The notes under the pieces: generated by a model
Databases searched by the model: none
Seen by the model: only the letters and a program-made list of their open reading frames with translations
What the model was told of the DNA's origin: nothing
Program-made: the position numbers and the translations under genes
In this document: positions 1 to 9,866 of the stretch, piece by piece
Position numbering within the stretch: position 1 is the first letter of the stretch
How the letters are laid out: each line of letters begins with the position of its first letter
From: Chloroflexota bacterium
GTDB taxonomy: Bacteria; Chloroflexota; Limnocylindria; Limnocylindrales; CSP1-4
Direction of reading: 5' to 3'
DNA length: 64,000 nucleotides
NCBI GenBank assembly: GCA_030446555.1
Contig: JAUJNA010000001.1
Coordinates: forward strand, 238,634 to 302,633

Positions 1-256
1 CCGGCGGCCAGAGGACCGCCTCGCCGTGGTTGACGCGGCCCCGCTCCTCGCCGACCTGCACGTACCCGCCGCCGCTGATGACGATGAAGTAGGTCACGTT
101 GGGATTGGCATGCGGGATGATGGCGCCGCGGCGCGAGAACGCCAGCTCGGAGATCACCCCGCGCTCGTCCGAGTGGATCACGGCCCCGGTGATGCCCGAC
201 GTGCCGGGCGGGCCCTCGGGACGACGGTGACCGGGACCGAAGCGGCGGATCTCCAT
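1..256 (-). CDS. cupin domain protein (partial; 3' end lies outside the window)
   Basis: Minus-strand translation from ATG (complement of 254-256) reads MEIRRFGPGHRRPEGPPGTSGITGAVIHSDERGVISELAFSRRGAIIPHANPNVTYFIVISGGGYVQVGEERGRVNHGEAVLWP, a cupin-2-like beta-barrel motif. GC3-rich codons. Truncated by the window edge. Confidence 0.45.
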   Translation of the reverse strand, partial: MEIRRFGPGHRRPEGPPGTSGITGAVIHSDERGVISELAFSRRGAIIPHANPNVTYFIVISGGGYVQVGEERGRVNHGEAVLWPP

Positions 257-298
257 CGACTGGTCTCCTGGGTCTGGCGCACGGCAGCCCTCAGCCGT

Positions 299-748
299 CT
301 AGCGTCGACGGCGGCGGCGAGGACGGTCGGAGCGCTTGGGCCGGACCGTCTGTTCCGGGCGACGGTACCTCTGCTGGCTATGGAAGCGCGCCCGGCGGAT
401 CTGCTGGTTGTAGGCGTCGATGAGCGGCGGGAACCGGAAGAAGCGGATCCAGACGTACGTCCCGATGCCCAGGATCAGCGAGACGAGCGGGAAGATGAAG
501 TAGAAGCGAAAGACGTACGAGACGAGCACCAGGCTGAAGGTCGCGAGGCCGGTCCAGAGCAGCCATTCCTGCATGTTCACGAGGGGGAAATGACGATGTA
601 GCCGCCGCGTCTGGACGTTGTAGAGGACGATCTGCAGGACCAGGAAGATCCCCGCCGCGACGACGAGGGGCAGCGCCAGATCGGGGAAGCCATCGGTCTC
701 TGCTGCGAACGGCGGTCCCAGCGGGTAGTCCCACGGTGCGAGCTTCAC
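299..748 (-). CDS. hypothetical small integral membrane protein
   Basis: 149-aa ORF with genome-typical GC3 codon usage and 3-4 hydrophobic helices (…AAGIFLVLQIVLYNV…, …LLWTGLATFSLVLVSYVF…, …LVSLILGIGTYVWIRFF…), ending in an Arg-rich tail. Divergent from purH. No family recognised. Confidence 0.5.
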   Translation of the reverse strand: MKLAPWDYPLGPPFAAETDGFPDLALPLVVAAGIFLVLQIVLYNVQTRRLHRHFPLVNMQEWLLWTGLATFSLVLVSYVFRFYFIFPLVSLILGIGTYVWIRFFRFPPLIDAYNQQIRRARFHSQQRYRRPEQTVRPKRSDRPRRRRRR

Positions 749-908
749 GCTTCCTCCCGATGCATCGCCGACCGGAGAGACAGACCGCGAAACAGGGCCT
801 CGGCGCGGTGCGCCGCGCAGGATACCAGCCGGAGCCCCGGAGGCCGCTTGCTATACTCGCCGCTCCCGGTGGGCGCCCCAGCGCCGGCGAACGGCTGCGC
901 ATCGAGGG

Positions 909-2471
909 ATGGAGGATCACGGCTTGCGCGCCCTGCTCTCGGTCGCGAACCGTGACGGGATCGCTGCCCTTGCGCGCGACCTGGCGGATCTGGGCGTCGA
1001 GACCTTCGCGACGGACGGTACCCGAGAGGCACTCGCCGCCGATGGCGTGACGGTCGCATCGATCAGCGAGTTGACCTCCGCGCCGCCGCTCGTGGGTGGC
1101 CAGGTCAAGACGTTCCACCCCGCCGTCTACGGCGGCATCCTGGCTCGCCGCCACGTGCCGGAGGAGCTCGCTCAGCTCGCGGAGCACGGCATCGGCCTCA
1201 TCGATCTGGTCGTGGTCAACGTCAAACCGTTCGCGCCGCAGGTCGGCGCGAACGTCGTGCCCATCGACGATGCCATCGGGATGATCGACGTGGGCGGCGT
1301 GGCTCTGCTCTCGGCCGCGGCGCGCAACTACGCGGGCGTCACCGCGGTGTGCGACCCGGGGGACTACCCGCAAGTCATCGCAGAGATGCGCGAGCTGGGC
1401 CAGGTCTCGGTGGAGACGCGCCAGCGCCTGGCGGCCGAGGCGTTCGCCGCGGTGGCCGCTTACAACGCCGAGGTGTCCGGCTACCTGAGCCACATCAGCG
1501 CCCGACGCTTCCCCTCCCGTCTCACCTTCGTTTTCGAGAAGCGGCGCGATCTGCCCTACGGCGAGAACCCGCATCAGCGAGCGGCGTTCTACCGCGAGAC
1601 GACCCATCGACGGCGCTCGCTCGCCGACGCCGCGCAGCTCCAGGGCGGCGATCCGACCTTCAACGACCTGCTGGACCTCGACGCCGCGTACCGCATCGTG
1701 ACCGATTTCATGGGTCCCACCTGCGCCATCGTCAAGCAGGGCAACCCCGTCGGGCTGGCGATGCAGGACTCCCTCGGAGAGGCCTATCGCCGGGCGCTGC
1801 AGGGCGATCCCGTGAGCGCCTACGGCGCGGTCGTGGCGGTCAATCGCCGGCTCGACGAGGAGACGGCCAGCGAGATCGCCGGCAACGCATACGAGGCCGT
1901 GGTGGCGCCCGGCTACAGCGAGGGGGCGCGTCGTCTGCTCGCCGCGAAGGAGGACCTGGCGGTCCTCAGCGTCTCCGACAGCCCCGCCGACGGCATCGCC
2001 GACTATGGCATCGCCGACCTCGACTTCCACCGCGTCGAGGGTGGCCTGCTCGTCGAGACCATCGACCGCCTCGAGATCGACCGCTCCCAGCTGCGCGTCG
2101 TGACGAAGCGGCGGCCCACATTGGAGGAGCTGAACGACCTGCTCTTCAGCTGGCGGACCGTCCGCCACGTCTCCTCGAACGCGGTCGTCCTCGCGCGCAA
2201 CGGCGCGCTGGTGGGTGTCGGCGCGGGCCAGGCGAGCCGGCTCGTGGCCGTCGAGATCGCGCTCCATCGGGCTGCCGAGCGCGCCACCCTGAGCTGCATG
2301 GCCTCGGATGCCTACTTCCCGTTCGCTGACGCCATCCAGCTGGCCGCCGAGCGTGGCGTCACGGCCATCATCCAGCCGGGTGGCTCCATCCGCGACGCGA
2401 TGGCCATCGAGGTCGCGGATCGCCATCACATGGCCATGGTCTTCACGGGCCGACGCCACTTCCGCCACTGA
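909..2471 (+). CDS. purH: bifunctional AICAR transformylase / IMP cyclohydrolase
   Basis: 520-aa protein with an MGS-like N-terminal domain (…DGIAALARDLADLGVETFATDGT…GGQVKTFHPAVYGGILARR…) and an AICARFT C-terminal domain. The ATG at 909 follows an AG-rich stretch. Confidence 0.95.
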   Translation: MEDHGLRALLSVANRDGIAALARDLADLGVETFATDGTREALAADGVTVASISELTSAPPLVGGQVKTFHPAVYGGILARRHVPEELAQLAEHGIGLIDLVVVNVKPFAPQVGANVVPIDDAIGMIDVGGVALLSAAARNYAGVTAVCDPGDYPQVIAEMRELGQVSVETRQRLAAEAFAAVAAYNAEVSGYLSHISARRFPSRLTFVFEKRRDLPYGENPHQRAAFYRETTHRRRSLADAAQLQGGDPTFNDLLDLDAAYRIVTDFMGPTCAIVKQGNPVGLAMQDSLGEAYRRALQGDPVSAYGAVVAVNRRLDEETASEIAGNAYEAVVAPGYSEGARRLLAAKEDLAVLSVSDSPADGIADYGIADLDFHRVEGGLLVETIDRLEIDRSQLRVVTKRRPTLEELNDLLFSWRTVRHVSSNAVVLARNGALVGVGAGQASRLVAVEIALHRAAERATLSCMASDAYFPFADAIQLAAERGVTAIIQPGGSIRDAMAIEVADRHHMAMVFTGRRHFRH

Positions 2472-2480
2472 CGGGCGTCC

Positions 2481-3458
2481 ATGGAGTCCCTCCTCGTTCT
2501 CGAGATGGTGCGCGTGACGGAGGCAGCAGCCATCGCCTCCGCCCGCCTGATGGGTCGAGGCGACCGCCACAGTGCCGATCGCGCAGCCACCGAGGCGATG
2601 CGCCGGACCATGGACGAAGTCGAGATGCGCGGCACCATCGTCATCGGCGAGGGCGAGCGGGACGAGGCACCGATGCTCTGGATCGGCGAGCCAGTGGGCA
2701 TGCGACGCGACGACCAGCCCGAGATCGACATCGCGGTCGACCCGCTCGAAGGCACGAACCTGGTGGCTCACGGACAGGCGAACGCCATCACGGTCCTCGC
2801 CGCCAGTGAGCGTGGCGGGCTGCTGAACGCCCCCGACACGTACCTGGAGAAGCTGTGCGTGGGTCCCATCGCGGCCGGCCACGTCGATATCCGCCTGAGC
2901 CCGCGCGAGAACGTGGAGCGGATCGCCTCCGCGCTGGGACGGCGCGTGGGCGACATCACCATCGTGATCCTGGAACGGCCGCGCCACGAGGCGCTCATCG
3001 AGGAGGTGCGCAGCTCGGGGGCGCGCATCAAGCTGATCTCCGACGGCGACCTCTCGGCCGCCATCAGCTGCGCCGTCTCGGGGACCGGCGTGCACGCCGT
3101 GATGGGCATCGGCGGCGCGCCCGAGGGCGTCATCACGGCTGCCGCGCTGCGTTGCCTGGGCGGCGAGATCCAGGGGCGATTCCGGTTCCGGAGCGACGAG
3201 GAGCGGGAGCGAGCGGTACGGATGGGCACGAGCGCCGACGAGGAGCGCGTCTACACCACGTGGGACCTCGCGCCGGGGGAGAGCCTCGTCTTCTCGGCCA
3301 CCGGCGTGACCGAGGGCGACCTGCTCAACGGGGTGCGCTTCTTCGGCGGCGGCGCGAGGACGCACTCACTCGTCATGGGTTACCAGACCAAACAGGTCCG
3401 CTTCGTGGACACCGTGCACATGTTCGACCGGGAGCGGCCGCCGGCGGTCCGGCTGTAG
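2481..3458 (+). CDS. glpX: fructose-1,6-bisphosphatase class II
   Basis: 325 aa. GlpX-family motifs (…[20 protein letters not shown]…[18 protein letters not shown]…). Starts 10 nt after the purH stop. Confidence 0.9.
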   Translation: MESLLVLEMVRVTEAAAIASARLMGRGDRHSADRAATEAMRRTMDEVEMRGTIVIGEGERDEAPMLWIGEPVGMRRDDQPEIDIAVDPLEGTNLVAHGQANAITVLAASERGGLLNAPDTYLEKLCVGPIAAGHVDIRLSPRENVERIASALGRRVGDITIVILERPRHEALIEEVRSSGARIKLISDGDLSAAISCAVSGTGVHAVMGIGGAPEGVITAAALRCLGGEIQGRFRFRSDEERERAVRMGTSADEERVYTTWDLAPGESLVFSATGVTEGDLLNGVRFFGGGARTHSLVMGYQTKQVRFVDTVHMFDRERPPAVRL

Positions 3459-3462
3459 CGCG

Positions 3463-4062
3463 TCAGCCCCTCCGCCAGCGGCGCCCGTCCCATCGCGCGA
3501 TCGGCCGGACGGCGTCGGGCCCTTCGATCCTCTCGCGTCGCCGATGCGCGCTCCGCACGGTCTCTCCCCAGCTCGGTGGAACGAGACCCGGAGCCAGGTC
3601 GGCCAACGGAGCGAGCACGAACAGGCGCTTTCGGGCGGCCGGGTGTGGCACCTCCAGCGGATGCTCCTCGGATCGCTCGGCCGGGTCGCTGCTCCGTGCT
3701 GCGATCGGCCGCTCCGCGCGGATCCGGTGCCGCCCGAAGAGGAGCAGGTCGAGGTCCAGCTCCCGCGGACCCCAGCGTTGCCCTGCGTGCCGCCCGAATG
3801 CCCGCTCCATCGCTTTGAGCGCGATGAGCAGGGCCAGCGCTCCCGTCTCCGGATCCGGCCCCTGGGGCACGTCCAGGGCGACCACCGCGTTGTGGAAGTC
3901 CGGTTGGTCGACGACGCCGACCGGCTTGGTCAGGTACAGCCGCGAGACAGCGCGCAGACGGACGCCTGGGAGGCTCGCCAGTGTCCGGACGGCGCGGGCG
4001 AGCGTCGCCTCGGCCTCCCCGACGTTCGCTCCCAGCCCGATGTAGGCGCGGACCCGCCGCAT
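3463..4062 (-). CDS. folK: 2-amino-4-hydroxy-6-hydroxymethyldihydropteridine pyrophosphokinase (HPPK)
   Basis: MRRVRAYIGLGANVGEAEATLARAVRTLASLPGVRLRAVSRLYLTKPVG…, the typical HPPK N-terminus. Convergent with glpX. Confidence 0.85.
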   Translation of the reverse strand: MRRVRAYIGLGANVGEAEATLARAVRTLASLPGVRLRAVSRLYLTKPVGVVDQPDFHNAVVALDVPQGPDPETGALALLIALKAMERAFGRHAGQRWGPRELDLDLLLFGRHRIRAERPIAARSSDPAERSEEHPLEVPHPAARKRLFVLAPLADLAPGLVPPSWGETVRSAHRRRERIEGPDAVRPIARWDGRRWRRG

Positions 4063-4094
4063 CGACGAGAGCCCTCCTCTAGACTCGGCCGGCC

Positions 4095-5225
4095 ATGGCC
4101 GGGGTCGATGTCGTCATCTTCCACCACGCGCCGCACGACGATGACCCGGCTCTGGTGCGGCTTCTGGCAGAGGCGCGCCACGAGCTGGTCCGCCACCAGG
4201 TCGGACTCTTCCGTCGCGCAGGGGCGGCGCGCGTCGAGGTGCTCCCGGGTCGCGACGACACGACGACGGATGCACCGGGCGCCGGTTCGTTCGGGGAGCG
4301 GCTGGCGAGAGTCGTCGTGCAAGCCTCGATCGCACATCTCGTCGTGATGGGCAGCGGCGCAGTCGCGCGACTGACGCTCGGCGACGCACGCCGGCTGGTG
4401 GATGCCGCCGGAGCCGGCACTGCGCGTCGCGCCCTGACGAACAACCGCTACTCGTCGGACGTGTGCGCCGTATCGCACGCCGGGCTGCTGCGCCGGCTTC
4501 CGCGACTGCCTTCGGACAACGCGCTCCCCCGCTGGCTCGAGGAGTGTGCCGGCTTCACCGTCGCGGAGCTGCCTGGCCGGGACCGCCTCGCCCTGGATCT
4601 TGACACGCCGCTGGACCTCGCCCTTCTGGCGCTCGCGCCGGGGGCGCCCCCGGCCATGGTGGAGCTGGTCCGGGAGCGACGCATCGAAGTGCCCCGGGCG
4701 GGCGCGCTGCGAGCGCTGGCCGCCGATCCACGAGGAGAGCTGCTCATCTTCGGCCGGACCGGCTCGCGCACGCTTTCGTGGCTGGAGCGCCACGTCCACT
4801 GCCGGGTCCGTTTCCTGGCCGAGGAGCGCGGTCTCCGTGCCTCCAGCCCGCTGGCCATGCGTAGCTCGTCGATGCCCGGCGGCAGTGTTCCGCCGCCCGT
4901 TCGGCGGCCGCGTGCGACCCTCGGTCGCCTGCTCGATGATCGCGGTCCATCCGCGCTGTGGCACATCGTCCGCGAGCTGGCCGGTGGCGCGATCATCGAT
5001 ACGCGGGTGCTGATGGCTGACCGCTGGGGCGCCGAGGAGGATGCCTGGCCGTCCCCGAGCGACCGTTTCGCGAGCGATCTGCTGCGTGCCGACGACGTGA
5101 GCGATCCGTGGCTCGGCGAGCTCACGCGGTCGGCTGCGGAGGCGGATCTGCCGATCGTCCTGGGGGCCCACACGCTGGTCGGCCCGGGTGTCCGGGTCCT
5201 GCTCGCGGGCACCCCCGGTCGCTGA
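4095..5225 (+). CDS. hypothetical protein (N-terminal MobA-like nucleotidyltransferase-fold region?)
   Basis: 376-aa ORF with good GC3 codon bias. The N-terminal half ends with an …LDLDTPLDLALL… motif reminiscent of the DxDTPxDL motif of MobA/CofC-like NTP-transferases. The C-terminal half is unassigned. It sits directly upstream of the nuo operon. Confidence 0.5.
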   Translation: MAGVDVVIFHHAPHDDDPALVRLLAEARHELVRHQVGLFRRAGAARVEVLPGRDDTTTDAPGAGSFGERLARVVVQASIAHLVVMGSGAVARLTLGDARRLVDAAGAGTARRALTNNRYSSDVCAVSHAGLLRRLPRLPSDNALPRWLEECAGFTVAELPGRDRLALDLDTPLDLALLALAPGAPPAMVELVRERRIEVPRAGALRALAADPRGELLIFGRTGSRTLSWLERHVHCRVRFLAEERGLRASSPLAMRSSSMPGGSVPPPVRRPRATLGRLLDDRGPSALWHIVRELAGGAIIDTRVLMADRWGAEEDAWPSPSDRFASDLLRADDVSDPWLGELTRSAAEADLPIVLGAHTLVGPGVRVLLAGTPGR

Positions 5226-5375
5226 TCGCCGGGCGCTATGGGTGACGCTCGCCAGAAGCCGCGCCCAAGATGGCGGGAGGGTGCCCTGCGCTAGAATGGA
5301 CGTGCGCCCAGCGACCGTCCCGGACTGCCGGACGAGCGTGCTGGACGGCATCCCCCTCGTGAGGCACAGCGACAG

Positions 5376-5735
5376 GTGACGACCGGACTCTGGTACGTGC
5401 TCGGCTTCGCGTTCGCCGGCTTCGCGTTCGTGTTCCTCACCATCGGCCTCGCGTGGCTGATCAGTCATCGGCACAAGGGCGATCGCCATAAGGGTCTGCC
5501 CTACGAGTCGGGCATCGACACGTACGGTGATACCTGGGGCCGGTTCGGACTCTCCTTCTACATCTACGCGCTGCTGTTCGTCGCGTTCGACATCGAGGTG
5601 ATCTTCATCTACCTCTGGGCTCTCGCCTTCAACGACGTCCTGCTCGGTGGCTTCCTCAGCATGCTGGCGTTCGTGGGCATCCTCCTGCTGGGACTGGGAT
5701 ATGCGTGGCGCAAGGGCGTGCTGACATGGAAGTGA
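5376..5735 (+). CDS. nuoA: NADH-quinone oxidoreductase subunit A
   Basis: 119 aa, GTG start. Three TM helices with the NuoA/ND3 signature (…YESGIDTYGDTWGRFGLSFYIYALLFVAFDIEVIFIYLWA…). Confidence 0.9.
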   Translation: MTTGLWYVLGFAFAGFAFVFLTIGLAWLISHRHKGDRHKGLPYESGIDTYGDTWGRFGLSFYIYALLFVAFDIEVIFIYLWALAFNDVLLGGFLSMLAFVGILLLGLGYAWRKGVLTWK

Positions 5736-5738
5736 ACG

Positions 5739-6545
5739 ATGGATGAGAACAGGGACCCCGGGCGGGCGACCAACCTGACGCCATGGGGACAGCAGGTCTC
5801 GAACACGGGGGGCGACGAACCGGTGGCCGGGCGGGGCGATCCGCCCGCGATGGGGTCCGATCAACCGAGCCACGTCTCCGACGGGCTCGTCTCGGGGGCG
5901 CGCGACCGGGCGGTGATGGAGCCCATCGTCGTGCCCAACACAGCATGGGTGCCAGCCGATCCCGCCGCGTATGGCGGCGGACAGCCGCCCCATGTGGCGC
6001 ATCTCCGCGAGCTGGAGTTCGCCGACAAGTCCGACAACGGGCGCTGGGGAGCGCTGGATGCGATCCCCACCAAGGCGGACTACGTGCTCGATCTCATCCG
6101 CCTCAACAGCCTTTGGCCACTGCTCTCGGGTCTCGCATGCTGCGCCCTCGAGATGATGTCTGCGGCCACCAGCCGCAACGATATGGATCGCTTCGGGATG
6201 TTCCCATTCCGGGCCAGCCCCCGGCAGGCGGACGTCCTGATCGTGGCCGGGACCCTGACGACGAAGATGGCCGGTCCGCTGATCCGTCTCTGGGAGCAGA
6301 TGCCCGAGCCCAAGTGGTGCGTGGCGATGGGGGATTGCACCACATCGGGGGGTCGCTACAAGCGTTCCTACGCCACCGTGGAGGGCATCGACCGCATCAT
6401 GCCGGTGGACGTCTACGTGCCCGGCTGCCCGCCGCGCCCGGAGGGCCTCATCTACGGGATGATGAAGCTCCAGCAGCTCATCAAGGATCGGCGCGGTCAC
6501 TGGCCGGAGCGGGCGGTCGGCCCGACCGTGCCGACCGGCATCTGA
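5739..6545 (+). CDS. nuoB: NADH-quinone oxidoreductase subunit B (with about 100-aa Pro/Gly-rich N-terminal extension; start uncertain)
   Basis: The C-terminal 170 aa are canonical NuoB (…[17 protein letters not shown]…MGDCTTSGG…[12 protein letters not shown]…), including the N2 cluster cysteines. The ATG at 5739 overlaps the nuoA stop region. Internal alternative starts (M38, M61) are possible. Confidence 0.85.
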   Translation: MDENRDPGRATNLTPWGQQVSNTGGDEPVAGRGDPPAMGSDQPSHVSDGLVSGARDRAVMEPIVVPNTAWVPADPAAYGGGQPPHVAHLRELEFADKSDNGRWGALDAIPTKADYVLDLIRLNSLWPLLSGLACCALEMMSAATSRNDMDRFGMFPFRASPRQADVLIVAGTLTTKMAGPLIRLWEQMPEPKWCVAMGDCTTSGGRYKRSYATVEGIDRIMPVDVYVPGCPPRPEGLIYGMMKLQQLIKDRRGHWPERAVGPTVPTGI

Positions 6546-6549
6546 ATCG

Positions 6550-7209
6550 CTGACCGCCCAGGGGTTTGCCACGGACACCGCACTGAAGCGCCGTCTGGAT
6601 GATCGCCTGCGCGAGCACCTGCTCGGGCCCGCCACCGCGCGCCAGGACACCACCGAGATCCGCATCGCGCCGCAGAGCGTGACGCCGGTCATGACCGCAC
6701 TCCACGACGATGAGGCGTTCCGCTTCCCGATCCTGTCCGACCTGTGCGGAGTGGACACGGGCACGACCCTGGAGGTGGTCTACCACCTCTGGTCGGACGT
6801 CACGCCCGATTGGGTGCGCGCGTGATCGCCGAGGGGCTGTCGCGCGACGATCGCGCGCGTGCCCTCGGTCACCTTCCTGTGGAACGGAGCCGAGTGGGCC
6901 GAGCGCGAGGCCTATGACATGTTCGGCATCATCTTCGAAGGCAACCGGGACCTGCGACGCATCTACATGCCGCCCGATTACCAGAGCTTCCCGCTGCGCA
7001 AGGACTTCCTCCTGCCCGACGACGCGGCACGGTCGCCGGGCATGGGCATCCGCCACATCGAGCAGCCGTTCCCGCCGGGCGAGTCCCAGCGCCAGCCGGT
7101 GCTGCGCAAGGGACATGGTGCGAAAGCGGCGAACGTGGTCCAGGGTTCGTGGGCCGCCGAGCTGCGCTCGGGCGAGGATCCAGCGGTGGACCGCGAGGTG
7201 TCGCGATGA
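6550..7209 (+). CDS. nuoC: NADH-quinone oxidoreductase subunit C (disrupted: in-frame TGA at 6823-6825, no canonical start codon in frame)
   Basis: N-terminal NuoC region (…[72 protein letters not shown]…) and C-terminal region ([50 protein letters not shown]…) are in the same frame but separated by a TGA. The gene-caller piece 6859-7209 is the C-terminal fragment. The likely start, TTG at 6566, is out of frame. Confidence 0.75.
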
Positions 7210-8430
7210 CGGCCGATCCGGCGACCACCCGCTCACTCGACGACCCGGACATCATGGTGAACACGCCGGCGACCATCGTCGACGCCATCCCGCCCTACCC
7301 GCCGCGCACCGAGCGCGAGGCCGAGTTCTACGCCATGCGCGACGGCGAGATGCTCATCAATTTCGGGCCGCAGCATCCGTCCACCCACACGAGTGCTGCG
7401 CATCGTCCTCAAGATCGACGGCGAACGCATCGTGGACCTCGACCCGGTCCTGGGCTACCTGCACCGTGGCGTCGAGAAGATCTGCGAGAACGGGGACTGG
7501 CATCACGCCATCAGCAACTGCGACCCCCTCGAGTACGCCGCCTCCATGTTTTCGGAGGCGATGCCCGTGCTGGCCGCCGAGAAGCTGCTCGACCTGGAGG
7601 TGCCGCGCCGCGCGGAGTACATCCGCGTGCTCGCCTGGGAGCTCAACAGGGTCGCCAGCCACGCCCTCTTCATCGGCTGGCTGGCGCTCGACCTTGGTGG
7701 CCTGACGCCCATCCTCTATGGCTTCATCGAGCGCGACGAGATCGTGGAGATGCTGGCTGCGCTCACCGGGCAGCGGGTCCTCTTCAACTACCTGCGCATC
7801 GGTGGTGTGAACGGCGACCTGAACCACGACTTCATGAGCCGGCTCGGCGACTGGATGGGGCACGCCCTTCACCGCATCGAGGACCAGCAGAGGCTGCTCA
7901 ACGCCAACGAGATCTTCGTCCGGCGGACCAAGGGATTGGGGATCGTGGACCGCGACATCGCACGCCGCACCTGCCTCTCCGGGCCGGTGCTGCGTGCGAC
8001 GGGCGTCCCGTACGACGTGCGCCGAGCGCACCCCTACAGCGTGTACCCCGAGCTCGACTTCGAGATCCCCACCCGGGAGGAAGGCGACTCGTACGCTCGA
8101 TACCTGCTCCACCTCGACGAGATCAAGCAGAGCATCCGCATCATCGACCAGGTGCTCCACCAGATGCCGGACGGTCCGGTGATGGCCAAGATCCCGCGCC
8201 TCCTGCGCATCCCGCCCGGTCGCGCCTACATCTCGGTCGAGAGCCCGCGCGGCCAGTACTCGTGCTACGCGATGAGCGATGGATCGGACCAGCCGTTCCG
8301 TCTGCGCATCCACGACCCCTCGTTCTTCAACCTCCAGGCCGTCGGCCTCGTGATGCCCGGGAACCTCATCGCCGACACGATGGCGGTCATGGCCAGCCTG
8401 GATCCCATCATGGGCGGGGTCGACAAGTGA
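7206..8430 (+). CDS. nuoD: NADH-quinone oxidoreductase subunit D (apparent frameshift near 7388-7393)
   Basis: ATG at 7206 overlaps the nuoC stop (ATGA). The N-terminus …[11 protein letters not shown] is in frame 0 (ORF 7149-8465). The remainder, [32 protein letters not shown]…[28 protein letters not shown]…, is in frame +1 (ORF 7393-8430). The 49-kDa subunit signature is complete once the frames are joined. Confidence 0.85.
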
Positions 8431-8461
8431 GCCGCGCGCTCACCAGCGACGAGGTGCGGCC

Positions 8462-9865
8462 GTGAGCGTCATCACGCGTCCCTGGTCACGGCTCACGCTG
8501 GCGGGCAAGATCGTCATCCCGCTGATCTTCCTGTTCGTGCTCCTGAACGTCCTGCTCATCGCGGGCTTCGCGACGGGGGTGCTGCCGTTCCTCGGCGGGC
8601 TCCTCCTGCGGATCATCAACGACAACGTCGACATCGTGCGCTTCATCGGCGCGGTGACGGCCCTGCTCCTGTTCACCGTGCCGGCCGCGTTCGTGATCAT
8701 CTTCATGGAGCTGAAGCTCATCGCCTTCGTCAACCTGCGGCTGGGCCCCAACCGGCAGGGGCCGTGGGGCGTCCTGAGCTCGACGCTCCACGGCTTGAAG
8801 GTCCTGGCCAAGGAGGACTTCACGCCCACCGGCGCGGACGTGCCTGTCTTCACGCTGGCGCCGGTGGTGACCTATCTCGGCGCGGTGATGACGATCATGG
8901 TCATCCCGTTCGCACCGGGCCTCTTCGGCATCGACCTGAACATCGGCCTGCTCTACTTCTTCGCGGTGGCCGGCCTCACGACGATCGGACTGATCATGGC
9001 CGGCTGGGCGAGCTTCAACAAGTACAGTCTCCTCGGCGGCCTGCGGGCAGCCGCAGCCATCATCTCGGCGGAGATCCCCCTGACGCTGGCAGCGGTGGGC
9101 GTGATCCTGCTGACCGGGACGCTGAGCCTGAACGAGATCGTCCTGCGCCAGGCGGGGAGTGCCCTCGATTGGTTCGTCTTCCAGCAGCCCCTCGGGTTCG
9201 TGGTCTTCTTCATCGCCGCCACCATCGAGGCGGGACGCACACCGTTCGACATGGCCGAGGCGGACAGCGAGATCGTGGCCGGCTTCGCGACCGAGTACAG
9301 CGGCATGCGCTTCGGCTTCTTCTTCTTCGCCGAGTACGTCAACCTCTTCATCATCTCGGCACTCACGGTGACGCTCTTCCTGGGCGGCTGGAACGCGCCG
9401 TTCGACATCGCCATCGTGCTCGACCGGCTGGGCATCGTCGTCGACCCCACACTCGACCCGGGCTCGCTGGGCATGGGCCTGCTGTGGCTGCTGCTGCTCG
9501 TCCCGCCTATCGCCATCCTGCTGCTGGCGCTGCCGTTCTGGCTCCTGCGGTCCGACTGGTCATTGCTGAAGTCGCTGGTCGTGGGCTTCCTGCTCTTCAA
9601 CCTGGTGGTGATGGTGCTCGTGGGCATCTGGGCCTACATGTCGTTCCCGTTCGTGGCCGGCATCTTCTGGTTCCTGGGCAAGACGTTCACGCTCGTTGCG
9701 CTCTTCGTCATCATGCGCGGCACGCTGCCACGGATCCGTATCGACCAGCTGATGGGCGTGGCATGGAAGTGGCTGATCCCCGCCGCGTTGCTCAACATCT
9801 TCATCACGGCGGCGGCCATCGTCATCCTGCGTGATCCGAGCCTCCCCTGGAACGGAGGCGGCTGA
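8462..9865 (+). CDS. nuoH: NADH-quinone oxidoreductase subunit H (extended, 467 aa)
   Basis: NuoH/ND1 motifs (…NLRLGPNRQGPWGVLSSTLHGLKVLAKEDFTPTGAD…EAGRTPFDMAEADSEIVAGFATEYSGMRFGFFF…) with extra N- and C-terminal TM segments. GTG start 31 nt after the nuoD stop. Confidence 0.9.
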   Translation: MSVITRPWSRLTLAGKIVIPLIFLFVLLNVLLIAGFATGVLPFLGGLLLRIINDNVDIVRFIGAVTALLLFTVPAAFVIIFMELKLIAFVNLRLGPNRQGPWGVLSSTLHGLKVLAKEDFTPTGADVPVFTLAPVVTYLGAVMTIMVIPFAPGLFGIDLNIGLLYFFAVAGLTTIGLIMAGWASFNKYSLLGGLRAAAAIISAEIPLTLAAVGVILLTGTLSLNEIVLRQAGSALDWFVFQQPLGFVVFFIAATIEAGRTPFDMAEADSEIVAGFATEYSGMRFGFFFFAEYVNLFIISALTVTLFLGGWNAPFDIAIVLDRLGIVVDPTLDPGSLGMGLLWLLLLVPPIAILLLALPFWLLRSDWSLLKSLVVGFLLFNLVVMVLVGIWAYMSFPFVAGIFWFLGKTFTLVALFVIMRGTLPRIRIDQLMGVAWKWLIPAALLNIFITAAAIVILRDPSLPWNGGG

Positions 9866-9866
9866 G

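Noticed and set aside
839-860. TTGCTATACT upstream of purH as a promoter
   Set aside because: -35-like and -10-like elements abut without a spacer. Insufficient evidence.
378-3365. 995-aa minus-strand ORF
   Set aside because: Antisense to purH and glpX, which have clear homology. Its composition (Arg/Ala/Gly/Pro-rich, no recognisable domains) is typical of stop-poor antisense frames in 70% GC DNA.
3930-6764. 944-aa minus-strand ORF
   Set aside because: Antisense to folK-adjacent sequence and to nuoA/nuoB. Spurious high-GC ORF.
6823-6825. TGA in nuoC as a selenocysteine or programmed-readthrough codon
   Set aside because: NuoC is not a selenoprotein and no SECIS-like hairpin follows. A locally frameshifted reading restores a conserved motif, which points to paired indels.
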